Of a stretch of 12,347 nucleotides of DNA, positions 6,159 to 12,347 are shown piece after piece. The notes under the pieces were generated by a model. That model saw nothing but the letters and a program-made list of their open reading frames with translations, was not told where the DNA came from and did no database searches. The DNA is from a virus (Duplodnaviria > Heunggongvirae > Uroviricota > Caudoviricetes): the IMG/VR virus record IMGVR_UViG_2541047882_000003, positions 1 to 12,347 of that record. One strand, 5' to 3'. A program made the translations under genes and the position numbers. The first letter of the stretch is position 1. Each line of letters opens with the position of its first letter.

Positions 6159-8282
6159 TTAATCTTCTTCGCTTTCTGGCTGGAACATCAGCACGTAAAA
6201 AACATGCTGCTTCCCCCCAATCCTGCCGAGCGCCTTTTTCTTGTAACGGCGGTCGTTACCCTTTTCCAGCATCCCCGCCGCATCAAGCGCCCTTGCAAAA
6301 TGCGACGGATTAAATCCCTGTGCTATCTCACCCTCAAATACATGCGGGAACGTGTAAAAACGGAACTCGTCATCTTCGTTTCTGATACTCCCCTTTCTGT
6401 ATCCGGCAAGCTCTTTAATCGGTAAATCACGCTCGTCGGTGTTGGGCCACGGAAGGTATCTGCTGAATCCGAACGACGCTAAAAAAGCCTCTGCCTGTTC
6501 AACCATCTGTTTAAACTCCCTGTTACCCGTGCCGAATTCCTTCACCCAGGCATTAAAATTATGCTGAATGGCATCGCGGCATTCCTGCTCATCCCAGCCA
6601 GTAACATGACCGGAAAGCACAAGCGCGGCCTCCAGTATGGCGAAACGCTCACCCACACGGTGTACCTGCTCGCCGTAGCTCTCCGGTATCAGGTTGCGCC
6701 ACCGTTCTCGGCATGACCTTACCGTGTCCTTTGCCTCCTGCTGGTGGTCTGCCAGCCATTTAACCCATTCACGACCCGCCGCCCCGTGATTTTCTGTCCA
6801 GGCATCTTTTAACGCGTCTGCGTGCGCCTTTCCGGTGCTGTATTCGTGAAATTGTGTGGCTTTTTCCATCGGCACGTTAAGCAGGCGGACAAGCTGCCCC
6901 GCCTTGACTTTTATCCCCTCCGTTTTGAGGAATGTTTCAACGTCCATTTCTCCGGTACTGATTGCCACCGTTCTCCAGTGTTTTATCTCCCTGTTGCCGC
7001 CGTCCTTCGCCCCCTGTAATTTCCCGGAACCGTTAAACAGCGTATAAGCAGACGTTGACACCTCCCGCGCGTTTCCGGCCTGGCCTATTTCATCCAGGGG
7101 TAACAGCCCGTCGTTGTGTGCCTCTGCCTCGTTGGCGATACCTAACGCTGTACCGTACCAGGTCAGCCGTTGTGCGTCCGGCTCTCCCCATAAACTTGAT
7201 GCGATGTTCTGTGTGGTGGTTTTCCCTGCCGATGACTGTTCGAAAAGATGTACCCCGAAGCCGTCAGCACCCACCAGCCCGATTAATGGTGCAGATAACG
7301 ATACCGCCACACCCAGCATCATGGACGGATTACCACCAGCCAGCCGCGCAACGGTATCGCGCCAGCCTTCCGCCGTTCCTGCCACGGAATAGCCATTAAC
7401 AGCGGCAGTTTTTCCGGTAAACAGAATCGGTTTTTCAGACTCACCAATGACCGAACCGTCCGGCATGATGTACGCGCCAAAATGCCAGCCCGTTGTTGTG
7501 CTTAACTGCCATTCCTCATGGTTTCCGCTTAACTGCATCCAGTCAGCCAGGATAGCCCTGTATTTGCCGTTGGTTGTCACGTTCAGGCCGTGGTCTTTCA
7601 GCAACCGCCAGCCGTCACGGTCGCCAATGCCACCGCACGGAATCGCCATTGTGATGACTTCATGATTTGCTGGCTTTTTCCAGCGCATCACGCGGTAATG
7701 CTCTTTACCGATTGTCCCCGTTCCCAGTAGTTCAAGCGGGGAACATAACCACGTCTCAGGCCGGATAATTTCGCCTGACTGCTTGTCAACTTTTGGCGTT
7801 ACCCAGAAAACACCATCGGCGCGGCTTTCAACGCGGGGCTTTAATTCATCATCGCTATAGCTTCCTGTGGCTTTTTTCTTTAAGGGCAACACCAGACTTT
7901 CCCCGCGCTCGTATTCGTCTTTCAGCCGGGCAAGCTGTGGTGTCCAGTCCTCCAGTAAATCGCCGTTCTCGTCACAAAAACAGGCTTCCTTAACACCAGC
8001 CACTGCCAGCAGGGTTTCAATCTGTAGCGCCAGTTTGTCATCCAGTTTTCCGGCACGTCTGACGATGGCGCGTGACCGACCCTCATCCACAATACGCAGG
8101 TTTTCCAGATTACCCAGGTCACGCCGTCCGAGATAAACAGGTGGTATTTTGTCGCCGCGCTTTCTGGCTTCTCCGCCCTGCATGTAATGCTCTGCGTGGC
8201 TGTATGCGTCATCCCCCGCAAAAATCACTGCATCCTCGCCTTTATCTTTCGGTAACAGTTTTACGTTCGGTGCCAGTTTCAT
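6159..8282 (-). CDS. replication protein with P-loop NTPase domain (putative primase/helicase-type initiator of the element)
   Basis: 707-aa ORF. Walker A-like SSAGKTT and Walker B-like LLPLDE are visible. Its start overlaps the upstream stop (ATGA at 8279-8282) and an iteron array follows its stop. Assignment to a specific primase/helicase family is not verified. Confidence 0.75.
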   Translation of the reverse strand: MKLAPNVKLLPKDKGEDAVIFAGDDAYSHAEHYMQGGEARKRGDKIPPVYLGRRDLGNLENLRIVDEGRSRAIVRRAGKLDDKLALQIETLLAVAGVKEACFCDENGDLLEDWTPQLARLKDEYERGESLVLPLKKKATGSYSDDELKPRVESRADGVFWVTPKVDKQSGEIIRPETWLCSPLELLGTGTIGKEHYRVMRWKKPANHEVITMAIPCGGIGDRDGWRLLKDHGLNVTTNGKYRAILADWMQLSGNHEEWQLSTTTGWHFGAYIMPDGSVIGESEKPILFTGKTAAVNGYSVAGTAEGWRDTVARLAGGNPSMMLGVAVSLSAPLIGLVGADGFGVHLFEQSSAGKTTTQNIASSLWGEPDAQRLTWYGTALGIANEAEAHNDGLLPLDEIGQAGNAREVSTSAYTLFNGSGKLQGAKDGGNREIKHWRTVAISTGEMDVETFLKTEGIKVKAGQLVRLLNVPMEKATQFHEYSTGKAHADALKDAWTENHGAAGREWVKWLADHQQEAKDTVRSCRERWRNLIPESYGEQVHRVGERFAILEAALVLSGHVTGWDEQECRDAIQHNFNAWVKEFGTGNREFKQMVEQAEAFLASFGFSRYLPWPNTDERDLPIKELAGYRKGSIRNEDDEFRFYTFPHVFEGEIAQGFNPSHFARALDAAGMLEKGNDRRYKKKALGRIGGKQHVFYVLMFQPESEED

Positions 8283-8593
8283 TTTGCTTTTCCCCGTTCA
8301 CGAATAATTTCACGTACTGCCTTAATGCGTTCCATACCTGTAACGCGCATGATTCTGTCGATGTCGCTTAAGTTCGCTGGTGGTGCTTTGCTTACCAGGG
8401 TGAATTCACTCTCAAAACGCATATGTGACGACACGCAGGGATGCGCATAACCTTCGCGAATATAAGTCACGCGAAAATCGTCAACGGTTTTTATCGTTAT
8501 TCGTCCACCATATTTATCTTTGAAAATATCGCCGGGGCGGATTTCAGGCCGAGCGGGGCCGCTGGCAGTAAAGCCAGAAATTTTCTGTTTCAT
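8279..8593 (-). CDS. hypothetical protein (104 aa), coupled to the replication protein
   Basis: ORF with ATG at 8593; 4-nt overlap with the downstream rep start. No family recognised with confidence. Confidence 0.6.
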   Translation of the reverse strand: MKQKISGFTASGPARPEIRPGDIFKDKYGGRITIKTVDDFRVTYIREGYAHPCVSSHMRFESEFTLVSKAPPANLSDIDRIMRVTGMERIKAVREIIRERGKAK

Positions 8594-8598
8594 GGTTT

Positions 8599-8832
8599 TT
8601 ATTTCCCGGTGTGTTGTTCTTTATATCTGTCGTGCAAAAGATCTATTTCTTGTAGTTCCATTATTACCGGCTCAAGAAGCGTTATTAACGCCGTCGCAAT
8701 ATTGCTGTTGCGTTTATCTCTTTCATTATCGCCAAGCGTTCCAAGCCATAAGCGCAATATTTCAAGCATGTTTTCACTGTAAGCAAGAGCACGGTATGCA
8801 CGGTCTACTGTGTCATTGTAAATATCACACAT
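8599..8832 (-). CDS. hypothetical protein (77 aa)
   Basis: ATG at 8832 with GGAGG 9 nt upstream; overlaps the upstream stop by 8 nt (ATGTGTGA). Confidence 0.55.
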   Translation of the reverse strand: MCDIYNDTVDRAYRALAYSENMLEILRLWLGTLGDNERDKRNSNIATALITLLEPVIMELQEIDLLHDRYKEQHTGK

Positions 8833-9070
8833 GGCTTACATCCTCCGGGAATTTTCTTCTGTAACGCGCCTCTGCCACATATTCCGCATAGTCCGACGCA
8901 ATATTGAGAATCTCCGCACCCTCTGACCTGTAGCCACTGGTATTGATAAGAAAAAATGCGGCTTTTATCATGTCAGCAACGCCCAACAATGCGTCTGCTT
9001 CGTGTTCCGGTGCGCCATCAAATTCCTGTTTCAGGGCATTAAAACGATCATCACGCATAACCCCCCCCAT
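8825..9070 (-). CDS. hypothetical protein (about 82 aa from the ATG at 9070; track shows an alternative TTG start at 9085)
   Basis: The first in-frame ATG is immediately followed by the G8 tract (ATGGGGGGGG on the coding strand). Overlaps the end of the upstream ORF in another frame. Confidence 0.5.
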   Translation of the reverse strand: MGGVMRDDRFNALKQEFDGAPEHEADALLGVADMIKAAFFLINTSGYRSEGAEILNIASDYAEYVAEARYRRKFPEDVSHV

Positions 9071-9290
9071 TTTCACAATCAGCAATCAGGATAGCCCTGG
9101 CCTCATTCAGTGCCATATCAGCACTAAATTGCATAACAGCCAGTGAGTGAGGAACGAAAGCCCCGGCATATTCTGTTTCGCTGGTGGCGTACTTATGCGC
9201 CTTGTCTGCGATAACAGAAATATCAATCAGCGCATCAATCAGTGTTTTTATAGCTTCGGCGGCTGCGTCCGGACGGGTGTTATTGCACAT
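9051..9290 (-). CDS. hypothetical protein (79 aa)
   Basis: ATG at 9290 with AGGAGG upstream; the start overlaps the stop of the 68-aa ORF (ATGTGCAATAA). Its C-terminus is encoded across the G8 tract. Confidence 0.55.
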   Translation of the reverse strand: MCNNTRPDAAAEAIKTLIDALIDISVIADKAHKYATSETEYAGAFVPHSLAVMQFSADMALNEARAILIADCENGGGYA

Positions 9291-9486
9291 GGCGTACCTC
9301 CTGACGAATACGGGCGGCGAATACCATCACGCAACCAGCCGGGGATTGCTGGCGTGCTTCCTGTTCGCTGGTGGCCTCGATGGTAATCACGCGCGGTTGT
9401 GCCGTGCTCAGGGCGATAAAACGCCAGATGTATTTATTCAGGTTGTGCGAGTCCCGCCCTTGCTGGTGTGTGGTATAATTTCTCAT
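9280..9486 (-). CDS. hypothetical protein (68 aa), first gene of the leftward replication operon
   Basis: ATG at 9486 with GAGGT 6 nt upstream. It is the in-frame C-terminal part of the spurious 371-aa track ORF. Its stop overlaps the next start. Confidence 0.5.
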   Translation of the reverse strand: MRNYTTHQQGRDSHNLNKYIWRFIALSTAQPRVITIEATSEQEARQQSPAGCVMVFAARIRQEVRHVQ

Positions 9487-9581
9487 AGCTACCTCGATAC
9501 TCTCGTTATCGTTGGTGGTTAGAGGCTGCGAAAGGACGGCAATCCTTTCCAGCCTCGTTTGCATTGAGTGATAGTTACTCA

Positions 9582-9664
9582 ACTGGATTCCAGTATAATC
9601 ACTAAGTGGAATCCACTTCAAGCATTTTGTTTTGGTCTTTTTCGTGTATACTGGATTCCAGTAA
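9582..9664. promoter_or_regulatory. divergent control region with three odd-length palindromes (candidate operators) overlapping -10-like hexamers
   Basis: ACTGGATTCCAGT at 9582-9594 and again at 9651-9663 (CTGGA-T-TCCAG), and GTGGAATCCAC at 9607-9617. TATAAT at 9593-9598 and TATACT at 9647-9652 on the plus strand. Lies between the minus-strand operon start (9486) and the plus-strand small gene (9683). Confidence 0.45.
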
Positions 9665-9682
9665 TCACAAAGGAAACCAGAA

Positions 9683-9862
9683 ATGGAAAGAGACCATATC
9701 AATAACAAATCACAGAAATTACAGGCTCGCGCCCCGCATGAAGTTGTTGAGGCAATGGAGCAAGTCAAAGAAACGGGCGAGAGTACTGCGCAGTTTATCG
9801 TTACAGCCATGCGTGGCGAGATCAAACGCCGCCAGCGCCGCAAGGCCAAAGAGCAGGAGTAA
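9683..9862 (+). CDS. small ribbon-helix-helix-like DNA-binding protein (59 aa); candidate repressor
   Basis: Not in the supplied track (below its length cutoff). ATG at 9683 with AGGAA 7-8 nt upstream; TAA at 9860-9862. The translation MERDHINNKSQKLQARAPHEVVEAMEQVKETGESTAQFIVTAMRGEIKRRQRRKAKEQE has a strand-helix-helix pattern typical of Arc/CopG-type proteins. Confidence 0.5.
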   Translation: MERDHINNKSQKLQARAPHEVVEAMEQVKETGESTAQFIVTAMRGEIKRRQRRKAKEQE

Positions 9863-9919
9863 CCATCACCAGCGCCGTGGTGCGGTGAACTGTGGCGCAC
9901 AGGGTTATAGGTATCTACG

Positions 9920-10117
9920 ATGACTGACAAATCATTAAAGAAATTATCCTCATCCAGGAAAAAACAACGCAAAAACGCGGTAAGAGAACATGAACAGGAA
10001 AGATTCGCGCCATGTGCGTTTGTCCTTGAAAAGTTCCTTAAAGAGTACAGGCGCACAAAAATGGGATCGCATGCCTGGAAAACATCGCAGCATGGCGATA
10101 CTAAAGAGCAGGAATAG
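9920..10117 (+). CDS. hypothetical small basic protein (65 aa)
   Basis: ATG at 9920 with AGG 8 nt upstream; Lys/Arg-rich. Followed about 100 nt later by a plus-strand terminator. Confidence 0.4.
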   Translation: MTDKSLKKLSSSRKKQRKNAVREHEQERFAPCAFVLEKFLKEYRRTKMGSHAWKTSQHGDTKEQE

Positions 10118-10220
10118 CCCACCAGCAAGCCAGCACACTGATCACATTGCCCACCAGCCGCAAATGTGGCATTGTTGATTATGCTCATGCGTTGGCGATA
10201 ACGTGTAGCTTGTGTCGAAG

Positions 10221-10248
10221 GGCCACCGTAGCGGGTGGCCTTTGTTTT
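10221..10248 (+). terminator. rho-independent terminator for the plus-strand small genes
   Basis: GGCCACC (10221-10227) / GGTGGCC (10234-10240) stem followed by TTTGTTTT. Confidence 0.5.
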
Positions 10249-10399
10249 GCCTGTTATCCGGCAATTGTGGCGCTTCGCCACACGGTTGATATAATTCTCC
10301 TGCACTGATCCATTTTTTTCGCAGCAGGTTAATTGTTCGCAAGGGCGCTCCGGCAACGGGGCGCTTTTTGTTATGTTCATCGCGTTACGCCTCACACCA

Positions 10400-10606
10400 T
10401 TACGCAGCCGTTCCGCGCGCTTCTTCCTCGCGCTCTTTCAGCCAGGCCAGCACTTCATCTTCATACCAGCCAACACGACGCAGACCGATTTTGAAGCCTT
10501 TCGGGAATTTTCCGGCGTTGATCATGTCCTGTAGCGAACTGTCTGCCTTGATGCGCAGAATATTTTTTACTTCCTGACGGGTAAGTATTTTTCTGATTGT
10601 TTCCAC
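10400..10606 (-). CDS. alpA: AlpA-family phage transcriptional regulator
   Basis: 68 aa. ILTRQEV..IL........DMINAGKFPK...GLRRVGWYEDEVLAWL matches the AlpA pattern (LRL..V......A..T.Y.W......P...........VGW.E.E...WL). GAGGT about 8 nt upstream of the ATG. Position relative to a P4-type int is typical. Confidence 0.75.
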   Translation of the reverse strand: METIRKILTRQEVKNILRIKADSSLQDMINAGKFPKGFKIGLRRVGWYEDEVLAWLKEREEEARGTAA

Positions 10607-10677
10607 TATGTTTTACCTCGTTAATCCGGCGTATTCCGGTGATAAATACGGTAAAACAGGGCAGGGCGGGAAAAACA

Positions 10678-10714
10678 GTACCCACCGTTTTAAAACGGTA
10701 CCCACTGTTTTTTA
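10678..10714. promoter_or_regulatory. repeats upstream of alpA: 16-bp perfect palindrome ACCGTTTTAAAACGGT and direct repeats GTACCCAC(C/T)GTTTT
   Basis: Read directly in the alpA 5-prime region. Candidate operator/promoter elements. Confidence 0.35.
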
Positions 10715-10740
10715 TCTCATTGATTACGCTTTTCTTTCTG

Positions 10741-10771
10741 CAAAAAAATAGCGACCGCAAGGGGCCGCTAT
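10741..10771 (-). terminator. rho-independent terminator after the int/76-aa ORF transcript
   Basis: On the minus strand ATAGCGGCCCCTTGCGGTCGCTAT forms a hairpin followed by TTTTTTT, 6 nt downstream of the stop at 10777. Confidence 0.5.
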
Positions 10772-10776
10772 TGTGA

Positions 10777-11007
10777 TTACCGTTTCCACTTCTTAGGTCG
10801 CCCACCGCATTTAAGGCTGGTGGGCCTCAGCACCTTGTCGATGCTTTCAGCCAGATTTTTCGATGCGCCACGCGAGCGTAAAAAACTGACTACCTCGTGT
10901 TTTGTGGGGGCTGTTGATTTGTCTTCCGGATCGTATGTTGACCAGAATTCACGATTTGCCATTAACGCCAGTTGCAGCCCTTCGCCGTAGGCGGTGGTAT
11001 TTTGCAT
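10777..11007 (-). CDS. hypothetical small protein (76 aa) between int and alpA
   Basis: ORF with a basic C-terminus (GGRPKKWKR). Weak, AT-rich region upstream of the start. No family recognised. Confidence 0.45.
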   Translation of the reverse strand: MQNTTAYGEGLQLALMANREFWSTYDPEDKSTAPTKHEVVSFLRSRGASKNLAESIDKVLRPTSLKCGGRPKKWKR

Positions 11008-11105
11008 AATAGAATTTTCATATACTCCGGCCTTGTCGTTAAATTTGTGGCAATTATACGATGGTTTGGCATGGTTTGCATCGCTTTTACTGGCTTTTTA
11101 TACAG

Positions 11106-12347
11106 TTACACGGCACGGATACCCCTTTTACCACTGGCTATGGTCACTCCGGTAGCTGCGGCCTCTACAAATTCCCCCCACCAGCGCATAAGCACCACGC
11201 GCTTTTCCAGGTAGTTACTTCGGTTATATGCTCGCCTTACCTCGTTTGTGTCCACGTGTGCGAGTGCGGCCTCGATTACGTCCGGCTCGAATCCTTCCTC
11301 GTTCGCTGCTGTACTGAATATGGCGCGTAATCCGTGAGACACCAGCACACCAGCGTAACCCATCCGGCGCAATGCGGCGTTAGCTGTCTGGCTGCTCATT
11401 GGCAGCATTGGATTTTTAAGGCTGGGAAAAACGTGTTCCCTGTGTGCGCTGATTGGCTTCATGGTTTCCAGTACAGCCATAGCCTGACCGCAAAGGGGGA
11501 TCACGTGGTCACGGCGCATCTTCATGCGTCCGGCTGGAATCGTCCAGGTTTCGGCATCGAGATCTATTTCTTCCCAGCGTGCGGCGGCTGCTTCGGCTGG
11601 GCGTGCTACGGTCAGCAGTTGCCACTCAATCAGCAATCTGGTTTGCCGTTCTATGCTGGCGACCGATAAATCGTGCATTAGCTGCGGTAGCTGTTCCGGT
11701 CGGATGGTTGGCATGTGCTTTTTGGTGGGTGAGGGGAATGCCTTGCGGACGTTCGCGGCGGTGTTGATGTCAATCAGCCCACTGTTGGCAGCAAAATCCA
11801 TCACTTCATTGATGCGTTGTAAAACGCGTTTCAGAGTTTCCAGGTTGCCGCGTGCTTTAATGGGTGTGAGTATCTCAACAAAGCGGCGAGCTGTGAGGGT
11901 ATCTATTGGCGTGTTTCCGATGTACGGGAATACGTATTTTTCCAGGGATCGCCAGATATCCTTAATCGTGTTGTAAGCCAGATTCTGGCCTTTTTTCATC
12001 TCGTACCAGTCCGAGGCAACTTTTTCGAACGTGTTGCCCTTTTTCCGACTCTCTGCTTCACGTTTCCGGCGTTCGTGGTCCTGTGGGTCAACTCCCTTCG
12101 CTATGAGTGACCTGTATTCATTCCGTCGTTCTCTGGCATCGGACAGGGAAACATCATTCAGCGATCCGAGGCTGATGATAGTCCGTTTTTTATCTGCCGG
12201 GCGGTAGTACGTAAAACGCCAGATTTTTGATCCGGAGGGTTTCACCAGAAGAAATAATCCTCCACCATCCTGCAGGGTGTATTCCTTTTCCCCTGGTCGT
12301 GCGTTTTTGATCTCCGTGATGGTTAGTGGAGTGGTTTTTCGTGCCAT
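11106..12347 (-). CDS. int: tyrosine-type site-specific integrase, P4-like
   Basis: 413 aa. N-terminal DGGGLFLLVKPSGSKIWRFTYY arm-binding-like region and C-terminal HGLRAIFST ... AALAHVDTNEVRRAYNRSNY catalytic region (H-x-x-R and the terminal Tyr) are typical of P4-family integrases. The ATG is the last three bases of the window, so the upstream region and att site are not visible. Confidence 0.9.
   Translation of the reverse strand: MARKTTPLTITEIKNARPGEKEYTLQDGGGLFLLVKPSGSKIWRFTYYRPADKKRTIISLGSLNDVSLSDARERRNEYRSLIAKGVDPQDHERRKREAESRKKGNTFEKVASDWYEMKKGQNLAYNTIKDIWRSLEKYVFPYIGNTPIDTLTARRFVEILTPIKARGNLETLKRVLQRINEVMDFAANSGLIDINTAANVRKAFPSPTKKHMPTIRPEQLPQLMHDLSVASIERQTRLLIEWQLLTVARPAEAAAARWEEIDLDAETWTIPAGRMKMRRDHVIPLCGQAMAVLETMKPISAHREHVFPSLKNPMLPMSSQTANAALRRMGYAGVLVSHGLRAIFSTAANEEGFEPDVIEAALAHVDTNEVRRAYNRSNYLEKRVVLMRWWGEFVEAAATGVTIASGKRGIRAV

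Noticed and set aside
6204-8371. Multiple plus-strand ORFs of 63-114 aa inside the replication gene
   Set aside because: All lie antisense within the 707-aa gene, which has Walker motifs and operon context. Their composition is Pro/Arg/Ser-rich.
9280-10395. 371-aa minus-strand ORF in the supplied track
   Set aside because: The translation is Cys/Ser-rich and low-complexity. It spans two plus-strand terminators and the palindromic operator region, and overlaps better-supported small genes on both strands. Only its last 68 codons (9280-9486), which have their own SD, look real.

Overview
Reading by eye only (no searches run), this window looks like the interior and integrase end of a small phage-satellite / PICI-like integrative element from an enterobacterium. 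It does not look like a P4 satellite proper, since I see no sid/psu/delta-like genes. Layout, right to left on the minus strand: a P4-type tyrosine integrase (11106..12347, start codon at the window edge, so the att site lies outside), a 76-aa ORF, an intrinsic terminator and an AlpA-family regulator. Two small plus-strand genes (a ribbon-helix-helix-like 59-aa ORF that the supplied track missed, and a basic 65-aa ORF) sit divergent from a leftward operon of five tiny translationally coupled ORFs ending in a 707-aa P-loop replication protein, followed by an iteron-type origin. Further left are a tail-less SSB-like protein, a ProQ/FinO-domain protein, two PerC-like paralogs and a lambda Nu1-family small terminase subunit with no large subunit. 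The most unusual observation is that the ORF-poor stretch from about 1390 to 4170 carries four lambda-like cos sites (cosQ-cosN-cosB) in two orientations and at least three sequence variants, only one of which sits in front of the intact terS. Other notable points are a G8 tract at an ORF junction, palindromic operators in a divergent switch region, and a duplicated terS 3-prime end. Protein family calls are from remembered motifs and the lambda cos comparison is from memory of the lambda sequence; none has been checked against a database.
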